Below, one piece after another: positions 50,677 to 61,329 of a stretch of DNA of 64,000 nucleotides. Each line of letters begins with the position of its first letter. Position 1 is the first letter of the stretch. The translations under genes were made by a program, and so were the position numbers. The notes under the pieces were generated by a model. The model was given only the letters and a program-made list of their open reading frames with translations. It did no database searches and had not been told where the DNA came from. The DNA is from Tubulanus polymorphus (Eukaryota > Animalia > Nemertea). The stretch covers positions 8,010,962-8,074,961 of the forward strand of contig NC_134034.1 in NCBI RefSeq assembly GCF_964204645.1, read 5' to 3'.

Positions 50677-51924
50677 ATGAGTGGGAGTTATATAAGTCCT
50701 TCTAAGATTTCTAGAATATCTAATGCTATTAAAGCAGAAAGATCACATCATATAATTACTCATAACCCTTCAAATATTAATCCCGATGAAACTTTATATG
50801 TTAGAATTCCTAGATTAACACAAAATACTTTTTATGTTCCAAATAGTATTTATTTATCAACCGATATAAAAGTAACTGGCCATGATAACAATTATGTTGT
50901 TGATAATGTTGGAAGATATTTGATTAAAAAATTAACTATTAAGATTGGTCCAGAAACAGTTTTCTCATTAGATGATTATAATTTATTTATGCATTATAAA
51001 GATTTATGGTTAACTAAAGAAAATAGAAATAATATTATATTTCAGGGTATTCAATCAGAAAACCATAATAAATTAAGATCAGGAGCTAATGACGCAATAG
51101 TAACTCGTGTCACAGATAATTTGATTAAAAAGATTTATGGAAGCAAATATAAAATTCCATTAGATTTTGAATTGATAAATAATAATGCACCTTTATATAA
51201 ATACGCAATTCAAGAAGATATTATATTTGAGATAACATTTGCTCCTGTAAATGAAATTGTATTATCTAGCGTTGTTAAAGATATGGGTTATAAATTATCG
51301 AATATATGTTTAGAATATAACACAGTAACTAATGAAAATATTGCTAGCACAATTCAAACTCAATACAATCAAGGATTTTCATTATTATATGATTATATTG
51401 ATAAATTTAAAACCGTAACTATTAATGCAAATGATGAAATAATTAATGAGAATATTAACTTCCCGAGAAGATCTATTAAAGGTATATTAATATTTTTTAC
51501 CATTGCAACATATTCTAATGGTGCAATAAAGGTAGATAATTATTATAATCCTGAAATAACAAAAGTAGAAATAACTATCGAAGGAATAGCAAATAAAATA
51601 TTTTGCCAAGGAATGAGAATGATAGATCAGTGGCCAGAAATTAGAAAACATTTTATGAATGAAAAAGTAAAATCATTTGAAAATTGTAATATTAATCAAA
51701 TTGATTATTATACCAGTAATAAATATGCATTATGGTTAGATTTTAGAACAACAGAGGATAATTCATTACATGGTTCTGGAAAAAAACTACAAAACACTAA
51801 AGATGGAATACAATTATTCATGAAAAAGAAAAAAGGAGACAAAAATTTCAAAATGCACATTTATATTATATCTGACGCACAATTAAATATTGTAAATTCA
51901 CAGTTAGATAGTATTCAATATTAG
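50677..51924 (+). CDS. Major capsid protein (double jelly-roll, Maverick type)
   Basis: Intact 415-aa beta-rich ORF with HNPSNINP..LYVRIP, VVDNVGR, YALWLDFR..DNSLHGSG; size and position next to integrase and ATPase. Confidence 0.8.
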   Translation: MSGSYISPSKISRISNAIKAERSHHIITHNPSNINPDETLYVRIPRLTQNTFYVPNSIYLSTDIKVTGHDNNYVVDNVGRYLIKKLTIKIGPETVFSLDDYNLFMHYKDLWLTKENRNNIIFQGIQSENHNKLRSGANDAIVTRVTDNLIKKIYGSKYKIPLDFELINNNAPLYKYAIQEDIIFEITFAPVNEIVLSSVVKDMGYKLSNICLEYNTVTNENIASTIQTQYNQGFSLLYDYIDKFKTVTINANDEIINENINFPRRSIKGILIFFTIATYSNGAIKVDNYYNPEITKVEITIEGIANKIFCQGMRMIDQWPEIRKHFMNEKVKSFENCNINQIDYYTSNKYALWLDFRTTEDNSLHGSGKKLQNTKDGIQLFMKKKKGDKNFKMHIYIISDAQLNIVNSQLDSIQY

Positions 51925-51953
51925 AAATATAAGTTAAAATTAACAATATATAA

Positions 51954-53081
51954 ATTGGAGGTAAAAAAACTCCTAATACTAAAGAACAATATTTAAGAAA
52001 TTTATATTACAACCCTGAGAGTTCGGTTGCTTATTCTTCTACCAAAAATATATGGCGTCAAGTAAAACAAGATAAATTAGATAAGATAATCCCACAAAAT
52101 TTAGTTAAATATAAAGATATAAATGAATTTATGTTAGAACAACCAACATATACAACACATAAGAAAATTGTTAGAAAATATAAAACTCGTAAAACTATGG
52201 TAAGTTATGTAGATCAACAGTGGCAAGTAGATTTAATTGATATGAAAAATGTTAAGAAAGATAATGATGATTATTGGTGGCTATTGAATATAATTGATAT
52301 TTTTAGTCGTTATGTATGGAGCTTCCCACTTTATAGAAAAGATGCTGTACAAACATCAAATGTTTTAAGAAAATTTCTTTCGGATGATAAACTAAAACCA
52401 GAAAAAATACAATTTGATGATGGAAAAGAGTTTGATAATTCACTTGTTCATGAACTCTTAGATAATCATAATATTAATTATTTTTCAACAAAATCGGATA
52501 AAAAAGCAGCAGTTGTTGAACGATTTAATAGAACATTAAGAACAAGAATGTGGAAATATTTTACAGCAAATAATACTTTTAAATGGATTGATGTTTTGCC
52601 AAAATTGATAGAAGGATATAATAATTCTTATCATTATTCTATTGGAATGAAACCTATTGATGCTAGAAAACCTGAAAATGCTGAAATTGTTTGGAATAAT
52701 TTATATGGAGCATTTCTTGTAGATGATTTTGGTGAACCTAAATTTAAAGTTGGTCAAAATGTTAGAATTTCTAAGTATAAAAAGATATTTGATAAAGGAT
52801 ACGATCGAAATTTTACTATAGAAATATATAAAATAAAAAAGGTAATAACAACAAAACCATATGTCTATAAATTAGAAGATTTAGATGGTGAAGAAGTTGA
52901 TGGCTACTTTTACGAAGAAGAATTAAGTTTAACTACTGAAAATCTAGAACAAGAATATAAAATTGAAAAAGTATAAAAAACAAAAACTATTAAAAGAAAA
53001 AAATATTCTTTAGTAAAATGGGTTGGATGGCCAGATAAATTCAATGAATGGATATTATCAAGTAAAATTAAAAATATATAA
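51954..53081 (+). pseudogene. Retroviral-like (rve) integrase with C-terminal chromodomain
   Basis: LYYNP, WQVDLIDM, IDIFSRY, QFDDGKEF, VVERFNRTLR; LVKWVGWPDKFNEWI follows the in-frame TAA at 52974; start codon apparently mutated to ATT at 51954. Confidence 0.92.
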
Positions 53082-53690
53082 ATGAATAAGGAATTATTCA
53101 TATTTGAGCCTCATAATATGTTAATGTCTGGTGTAACAAATTGTGGAAAAACTTATTTTATATTAAATTTATTAGAAACTGTTTATGAAAACTATTTTGA
53201 TAATATAGTATTATTTTGTCCAACATATGAATTTAATCAAACTTATGATAGAAATATTACTAGGAATAATAAATTTATTGTATTAGATCCTAAAACAGTA
53301 AAAGAAAATTTAAATAATTGTATTAAAATAGCAATTGATATTTATAAAGGATCAAATACATTATTTATCATAGATGATTGCGCAAATTTACATGATTCAA
53401 AAGTTAGAGAAAGTGAGTTATGTTATCTAGCTTTCTCTGGGAGACATTTTGGGATAACAACATGGGTTTTAAATCAAAAATATAATTCAATTGTTAAAGA
53501 CTTTAGGGAGAATATAAGATTTCTAGTTTTATTCTACAATAAAGATAGAAAATCAATGAAAAATGCACTTGAGGAAAATGATATTATTCCACATGATTTA
53601 CATAATGAATATATGGATAAGTTGAAAAATATTAAAAGATCAAAATTACTATTTAGATTACAACACCCATTTAAATATGAATTTATTTAA
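53082..53690 (+). CDS. DNA-packaging ATPase (FtsK/HerA, A32-like)
   Basis: Walker A GVTNCGKT, Walker B LFIIDD, GRH...LNQ motif; intact. Confidence 0.9.
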   Translation: MNKELFIFEPHNMLMSGVTNCGKTYFILNLLETVYENYFDNIVLFCPTYEFNQTYDRNITRNNKFIVLDPKTVKENLNNCIKIAIDIYKGSNTLFIIDDCANLHDSKVRESELCYLAFSGRHFGITTWVLNQKYNSIVKDFRENIRFLVLFYNKDRKSMKNALEENDIIPHDLHNEYMDKLKNIKRSKLLFRLQHPFKYEFI

Positions 53691-53945
53691 ATTCAATTAG
53701 TTTGTTAATCTAGTTGAATTCTAGTTATTGGTAGTTGTAACAAAAATCAACTAGATTTTAACAATATTGTAACTAGCTTGTTAATCTAGTTTAATTCTAG
53801 TTACATTCTAGTTGAATTCTAGTTATTGGTAGTTGGAACAAAAATCAACTAGATTTAACAAGAAATAAACAAAAATAACAATATTTCAACTAGCTTGTTA
53901 ATCTAGTTGAATTCTAGTTACATTCTAGTTGAATTCTAGTTGCAA
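53691..53945. repeat. Intergenic tandem array built from ~11-bp CTAGTT-core units
   Basis: Repeated TTCTAGTTGAA, TTCTAGTTACA and AATCTAGTT within larger ~100-120-bp blocks. Confidence 0.8.
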
Positions 53946-53973
53946 CATCACAACTAATTTTTTTGTTATATAA

Positions 53974-54547
53974 ATGGTAGGTGAAAAGAAAATAAAATCT
54001 AAAAATGGTGATGTTCCAATTGAAAAAACTTTAGATGATTTAGGAATAACAGAAAACAAATTAATTCCAGATGATGGTGCTTTAAATAATGTTACAACAA
54101 ATAATAATTATGAATATTATCTTTACTGTAAACATCAATTAGAAATATTAATAGCATCTGGAAAATGTAAAAATTTTGTCGGTAAAAATTTAACTTATAA
54201 TGAATTAGATACAATGAAATCAGATGAAATTTTAGATTATTTAAGATTTATGAAGCCGCGAGAACAGCTAGAATTAATGACGCGATATCAGAAAATGTAG
54301 TAAAAGGTTATAGTAAATTATGTAATTATATTCCGATTCAAAAAATGATTATTTAGTTATGACTGAATTAAATAAATGGATTGGATATTTATCATTTCAA
54401 TTAGGTGGATTTATGACATTATTATCAACTGGGGTTATAACATTTTCAAATATTGAAAGTAAAAATATTTCTATAATAAATGAGCGAGGTGAAAGAAGTG
54501 AAGGAATTAACTGTGAAGAAAAAACCGAGAACTCAGAAACAAATTGA
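53974..54547 (+). pseudogene. Maverick hypothetical protein, frameshifted
   Basis: TAAATG start; ORFs 53974-54300 and 54359-54547 appear to be pieces of one gene. Confidence 0.5.
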
Positions 54548-54824
54548 ATGGTCTCGGCAATTAGGAATTAAATCACAAGAATATAAAAAAGCTGTAAAAG
54601 AAAAAATAAGTAATAAAAATGTTAATAAAAATAGTGAAAATATTGTTATTTCTACTCCTTCTGATAATAGAATATTTGATAAATATTTATATTTTACAGT
54701 TGGATTTGTAATTGTATTCATTTTGATTGGGTGTAATTGGTATAAGAAATCAAATAAAATTCATGATATTAATAATTCTGAAATGCTATCAAAAATGAAA
54801 ATACTTCTGAAATTCCAAAATTGA
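54480..54824 (+). CDS. Basic N-terminus plus single-TM Maverick protein
   Basis: TAAATG start, KKKPRTQKQIEWSRQLG, hydrophobic YLYFTVGFVIVFILIG. Confidence 0.6.
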   Translation: MSEVKEVKELTVKKKPRTQKQIEWSRQLGIKSQEYKKAVKEKISNKNVNKNSENIVISTPSDNRIFDKYLYFTVGFVIVFILIGCNWYKKSNKIHDINNSEMLSKMKILLKFQN

Positions 54825-55971
54825 CAATAAAAAAAATGGATTAATATTTTAGAAAAAAAGCAAAAAAAATAATTTTTTTTAATTAATTGAATATCTCACT
54901 ACTTTTGTCTATCTATGCGGAGCAATTAAATTGTCCAGATAAGTCATTTCGGATTCTAGATATTCATTATTTTTATTAATTTATTTTGTTTTTACTTGAA
55001 TATTGTATTACAGTCGTTTCTTATTATTAGTTTTTTCTTAAATTGAAAGATGGCAGCACTGGGTGTGATGCTAAAATGAATATTTGAATTTGAATTTGAA
55101 TTTGTTTATCAATTAACATAGTAATTGATTACTAATTTGATTAAAAATTATATCATAATTAAGTTAAAAATCCATAATTCATTTATCAGTTTTCATTCTT
55201 ATATTCTTTTCATTCGGAATAATTTATAATTTCAAATTTCATATATTTTTTTAACACCAGCAACATTTACTTAGGTGTTTTAGCTAAGTATATAAGGCAA
55301 TTCATTCAACCACTGGAGTGCCGCCGGGCTTGGCTTGCAGGGGCATTTCGAAAATGCACCTTTGTCCACCCTCCGTGGTTCTCCTTCAGTTTCGACTTTC
55401 GATCCTCCTTTCGGGGGTAAGGGGTTGATAGGAAATGCATTAGGCGCCTTTAATATAATGTGTTTCCTGTCAACCATTGAAGGAGAATTGGTGAGGTGTG
55501 GGTCACAGGGGTGTAATTAGAAATGCTTGGGGATAGGTATCTCGTGGCGCCTCTCAATAACGGGATGCTTATCCCCTAAAAACTCTGTGAGTCAAGTCGG
55601 GTGGTTTTGCTAAAACTTACCGTAAAAACATTGAAATATTCCTTTTAATCACGAGAGAATGATGACTATCCTCCTGTCGTCACGGCCGAGCTAATTTAAA
55701 TAAACCTCGCTTTCAGCAACCAATGAAAACGTGGTGGTTCAATGCCGGCTAACTGGCTTGTGTGTGTTGTATGTACTGCGTGCTTAATATATAACTGCTA
55801 GCTATCCAATATAACAACAACGTTGTGCAACACCTGTTTGATTGATCAATATTTAAATGAAGCACTCTCTTATAATAACATGTAACAGATGTTTGACTGT
55901 ACGATTGTAGTTGTTTATAAAACGACGAAGGTCATTTTGGATTCTAGATATTCATTATTTTTATTTTTTAT

Positions 55972-56298
55972 TTAATCAACAATTTCTAAATCATGATGAC
56001 CATCTTCATTTTTCCCATGATATATTATTTTAAATCCTACTAAATCTTTCAATTCCTCTGTACTCAATGAAACCCATTTATCGGGTAAAAACACTTTAAA
56101 TTCTCGTGATGTACTAACATTACAGTAGCTTAAATTAGCTGATACTTTCTCTCCATATTTAGTTTTTATCTTTTCTAATTTCAATATTTTATGTTCAATT
56201 TCTTTTGTAACATCAACTAACTTTTTTATTTCAAATTGTTTTTTTGCTGGTTTTATTCTGTTATTTATTGTTGCTAAGAATGCTTTTCTATCTCCCAT
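55972..56298 (-). CDS. Small Maverick protein (possible OB-fold ssDNA-binding protein)
   Basis: Intact 108 aa with IKTKYGEKV and KVFLP; preceded by a copy of the TIR/polB upstream sequence. Confidence 0.55.
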   Translation of the reverse strand: MGDRKAFLATINNRIKPAKKQFEIKKLVDVTKEIEHKILKLEKIKTKYGEKVSANLSYCNVSTSREFKVFLPDKWVSLSTEELKDLVGFKIIYHGKNEDGHHDLEIVD

Positions 56299-56466
56299 TT
56301 ATAAGGAAAACAAATTACTTGTGGTGATGAGTGGGGATTACTTCCCCTGTATATAACAAACACGCTATTAACCGTTCTCACCCAAGCCTCACAGCATCTA
56401 TTTATCCAGGTACAGTTAACACACGCGCAGCTGTTGTTACGCGCACTCACTGTTTATGTGTGTCAC

Positions 56467-56727
56467 AATTTTACTGCGTAATATTTCTAAAATTTCAATT
56501 GTATCTTTTATTTCTAGTGAATCAATATAATTTCTAACATTTTCCATGTAAGGTTTATTTGATTTATCAATGTATTTTTTACAATATGGATAATGATATT
56601 GATTTTCATTAACATCAATTTGTTCTGTCTTATTCTCTTCCATTTATAAGGAAAAAAATTATTTGTGGTGATGAGTGGTGTCTCGACCTCTCGACCTCTG
56701 ATCTGAAACCCCACTCTTACAATTACT
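56467..56727 (-). repeat. Maverick right TIR, including an internally deleted copy of the polB 5' end
   Basis: ORF 56437-56643 (VNENQYHYPYCKKYIDKS|NKPYMENVRNYIDSLEIKDTIEILE) matches two separate parts of the PolB N-terminus. Confidence 0.88.
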
Positions 56728-57799
56728 GGTATGCTAGTGGATTTCATTAGAATATGAAGCAATGGAAACAGAATTCTAGCCAGAGTTAAGCGAACTATTG
56801 ATTCTGATATAGCCTAATGTAAGAATTGATTTCCTTTGTGTACTCTTGCAGAATATGTATTATTTCAAGCTGTTAAATAATATAGTTAGACAAACGTCCA
56901 ATTATTGGATCTTTCTTGTTGACTCGTTTAATTTTGTGAGTTAAGAGTTCCACTCAATCCACAATGTGCAGTGCCTAGCCTTCATCTACACTAAAGCCAA
57001 GCCTGTGTATGGGAAAATATCGTTCGACTCCTATAGGCCAGACAAATCAAAGCATGCAATACATTGCGGATAATAGTCTCCGGCAAGTCGAAAGAGAAAG
57101 TAAACCAGGTTTTACCCCGTACCCTACCGGGGAACAAAGACACTTAAAGACTCCTTCCTCCTGGTAGAAATTGTTGAAATATGGCACCCAATCGTAGCAA
57201 TGCTAAGTACACTATATTATGACGGTTGAACCTTTATTAACGAATTTCAATGACACCGAAAATAGAATCAAAATAATCATTAGTTCCATGCTAGCACTTA
57301 ATTTGGGTTATCAGGTTCAGCCTAACTGTACTTTCATTCAGCTACTACTTGTATGAGACTTGGCAATGATAAGTTGCAAGAAATCACCAAACATAAGAAA
57401 AAATATTGTGAATTAATATTACTGTAATTAAGAATTTATTCAAATGAAGTGATAACTTCATTGTTAGATCGTACCGGTATATGCACATAAAACTATGGCA
57501 AAAAACACATCTAACAATCCACGCAATCCGCAATCGATCAAGTCGATCATGACGACGACCTTAAGGCATGTCTCTGTAATCGAAGGTAGAGCATAAAACA
57601 CGGTTCAGGACTCGTCAGCGGACACCGGCCCAGAATGATTTTCAAAACGTGTATTGTCGGTACCTAGCACGATTTCAGCGTTTTTCGGGTATTCCCTGAA
57701 ATTTCGGCGTTTTTCGGAAATTCCCTGAAATTTCAGCGTTTTTATTTCAGCGTTTCAGCTTTTCAGTGTTTCAGCGAAGTTCAGGAACCGTAGAAATAG

Positions 57800-59195
57800 G
57801 TTATACTCTGTACGGTTTTTAGGTAGTCGTAAAGTGGTTTTGAGATTGAGGAATATCTGCAGCTAATTTGGGTCCAATTTCTGTGAAAAAAAGTATTAAA
57901 TCCGTTTGCTATATCTAGTGGATTATTCAAAACCATGTCATCAACAACAAACTTTTCAGGAAAATTTTATTCCTTTTTCTTAGCTAATATTGAATTTACT
58001 AATGACCATTGTTCTTTTAGAATCGATAATGGAAATTGTTGTGAGTAATACATTTTTTTGCAGCTCTGACACAGTTAAAATATAAGTTTCTGTATCTTTT
58101 AAAAGTCAGCTTTGCAGATTGGGATTTTTTTCTAAGGTAGTTTCTTTTAGAGCTTCTTTTCGCTTTGTGGAAGTTAAAAGTCCTTTTGTTATCCATGGGT
58201 TTTTTATCTTTATACTTAGAAAATTTCCTAGTTACATATGGGTTACATATATAGTTACATTTATATCATCAAAATGTTTCGTAAACAATGCTAGAAAAGT
58301 TATTGTAGGACAGATCCACACCATCCACAAACACAGAATTCCAATTCTCTATCATTAGTTTACGTCTGAATTGATTAATATTAGTTTCATTGAATGATCT
58401 ATATGAAACTCGTTTCACTTGGTTGGTATTTTTAACCTTATTCACTAATACGAAAATTGGTAAGTGGTCGGAGACATCAGAGATCATTACGCCTGATCGG
58501 GTTTTATAAGCTTGGGTACAATTACAGAAAATATTGTCAATAAGCGTGGAAGTTGTTTCTGTTATACGGGTTGGTCTATCTATAAGTGGATTAAACGAAT
58601 AGCTATATAAGTCAAGTAAAAAGGTTTCGGTCGGAACATGATTGTTTGACTGAAGAAGGTTAATATTGAGATCACCCACCAGAAAAACTCTAGTATGGCT
58701 CCTTATTCGAGCCAGAATTGTCTTAAAGTCATTGAAAAAGATATTTAAAATATGAGCAAGACCTGGAGGACGGTAAAATATGCCAATTGAGAATTTGTCG
58801 GAGCCATATGAAATTTCTATAAACGCATATTCAACTGATTTAATGGATGGGATAATAAGATCATCTCGAGTTTCATATATCAAAGTATCTTTATAATAGA
58901 AGCCAATACCACCCCCTCTCTGGCCCTCTCTACTTTTAAACATTGAGTTGTATCCACTTAGATTATACAAAGTTGAATTGTCATTACTAGAAACTGTCCA
59001 TGTTTCAGTTATTCCTATAATGTCGGGGGCATAGCACAGTGATTGAAGGTAAACAGTTAGGTGCTCGTAGTTCTTATTTAGGCTTCTTACATTGACATGA
59101 CATATACAAAACCCATGTTTAGAAAAAGTTTTATATTGATCACTAGTATAATATGAGTATTTCTGCTCATTAAGTTCAGTTAATGTGTCTTCCAT
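57800..59195 (-). pseudogene. LINE ORF2 apurinic-like endonuclease and linker
   Basis: HVNVRSL, IIGITETW, GGGIG, YRPPG, GDLNINLL, PTRIT..STLIDNIF, SDHLPIF. Confidence 0.92.
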
Positions 59196-61329
59196 AATAG
59201 ACTACAGTTACAATGTATATCCTTATTTGTTATGACGATGTGATCGGTTTGCCGGTTGATGAAGCACTTCCGATTTGGTTGACAGACGTTTAAGGTCGTT
59301 TTAAAGTCAGTTAGTTAGAGATTTCCTCAAATTCCGCATCAGAAATGGTGTCTTCAAGTTGGGATTGAATTTGGTTAAAAATAGTTGGTTAGTTTTTGTC
59401 TGTGCCCTCTTGAAAAAATGCTCTTCACGCCGTTTGTGTGACATCACACATCACGTGTTGCTTATGACGTAGAGGGTATAGTGATCGACAGAAGTGCCAT
59501 TTTTAAAATCGTTGTATCGTGGATGTTAACTTTAGAGGACCGTACGAAGTCTCTTTAAAGGTGAGTGTCAACATATATGGTGACTTAACTTAATTCTTTG
59601 TGAGCGCATAGAGGCCCTGTGAGAATCTAGAGACGTTCGCAGCATTGAAAATTACGCAATGGTCCGCTCGACACGCACACACATGCTGTCAGTTTGACCT
59701 ACGTGACTAAATACAGATGCCATGAATCAGAAGCAATCCACTTCAAATTTTATGAAGTGAATATCATAATTATTATTTATCCGATATACACCAAAAAGCC
59801 TTTAAGAGAAAGGTATTTGGCGTCGGATTCTGTACCGAAAATCCCGGATTGTTACACTGCATAGTTTTTTTAGTAGGGTTCTTTTAACATTTTGCCTATA
59901 AGCCATTTGATTGACACGTGGGGCGGGGCTTGCGATCTGCCGATGACGTCAGATGTAAACAATAATATAACCACGTGCATCGCGCACATGTGTAAACAAA
60001 CCTGGCAACAAATTAGATTTTTTTGGCGCCAAAACTTTTTTGATTTTTTCTTTTGTCCAATGATTTTTCAACTGGAGCCAACTGCTATGCCATTAGATTG
60101 TACAATCAAGTATTCACGTTTTATAGATTCTCTCTGAAATAATTCTTGTCCAGGGGACATGTATTGAAATATCTATTGTCGTTGTTTTTGTTTTTTTTTT
60201 ATTTTTAGGATATAAACAGCCTAGAAGAAACATCATCTGGCAGACACACATTTGACTACAGATCATATCCTGTTATAAAATGTGTTTAATAAATATTTTA
60301 CTCAAGTTTTCTTGCCATTAATACTTCCTGACTACTTTTATTTTATGGTTATCTAAGTGCAAGGCAAACATTGGTGGGGTTCCTATGGGCCTCCGAATAT
60401 ATAGGACCAAAAGGGGTATTTTATGCCATTTGGATTAATTTTTGCTTAGAAAATCTATTCAAATACTTTTTGGCGGGCACATTCAAATTCTGAAGGGTAG
60501 GACTAGTCCAACCCCTAAATCCACTTGCATTCAGTCTCATGAGAACTAACTTAAAACGTTCAAACCTTCACCGGCCTCCTACTCAATTTTTTGAATAGAT
60601 GTAAAACTTATGGCAGAATTTATGGTTGATTCCTCGATTTTTGAATCCCAAAGAATAATTTTTGAATTACGCAGTAGGATGACACTTGAATAGCCGGTAT
60701 TCAAATTTTCCAATCAATGTGGGAGGTGTCTGGGTCTACAATGCGTTTCACAAACGAATGTCCTCTTTTAAAGTTTCTTTCTAGTTATGATAGTAATGAA
60801 TCCATCCATTGAAAATGGTGCTTTTTAGCAGTAGTTATACAGGTGGAAAACATAATTACTCTAAGATAAATGAAAAAAATAAAGAACTTGTATACCTGAT
60901 ATGTATGATACAGGAAAATACAAGAATAGAGTGAAACGTCAAAGAGGGTAATCTAAAAAATTCCCTCGCATTATAGGGTCTTAAGACTCGTAGTAAGCCC
61001 TATCTGGTAGACAAACAGAATAAATTCTAGAATAACGAAATCTAATGAAAATTGATGAATATTTCAAAATTATTTATAATAAAGGTGCACCTTTCTTTTA
61101 AGGCTCTCCTGACCGATATAACTAGCCACTATTATTTAACCATGCAGTCACTGTTCATTGGATTATTTAACACTTGGCTGCTCAGCCTAAAATGTCACAA
61201 TTATGGCAGTGGGGCATACATAGTAATTCTTTTTTGGTTCCAGTAAGTTTATCAATACTGTCATATTTCGCCTTGATCAGGCCCGATTAAACCATACACC
61301 AAGTCAACACATAGAATTACGGATCAGCC

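Larger units (their letters stand above)
38984..56727 (+). mobile_element. Full-length Maverick/Polinton (adintovirus-like endogenous virus), 17,744 bp
   Basis: 6-bp TSD GGTATG (38978-38983 and 56728-56733); AGTAATT...AATTACT termini with TIRs; pPolB, integrase, ATPase, major and minor capsid genes. Confidence 0.96.
34875..57790. mobile_element. Long-TIR non-autonomous DNA transposon (Mutator/foldback-like) hosting both Maverick-type insertions
   Basis: Perfect 9-bp TSD TAGAAATAG (34866-34874 and 57791-57799). TIRs of about 230 bp begin CGGTTCCTGAACTTCGCTGAAA and carry CGCTGAAA subrepeats; left copy 34875-35050 plus 37108-37165, right copy 57566-57790. Confidence 0.85.

Noticed and set aside
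53691-53945. CRISPR-like array (also considered for 34890-35000 and 35547-35851)
   Set aside because: No constant repeat with unique spacers, no cas genes, eukaryotic context
38984-56727. Prophage, or contaminating free-virus contig
   Set aside because: TSD-flanked integration within eukaryotic retroelements, rve integrase with chromodomain, and accumulated inactivating mutations
34875-57790. Treating the outer TIRs as the Maverick termini (one 23-kb Maverick)
   Set aside because: They have a 9-bp TSD and CGG ends; true AG...CT ends with 6-bp TSDs lie inside, at 38984/56727 and 35051/37101
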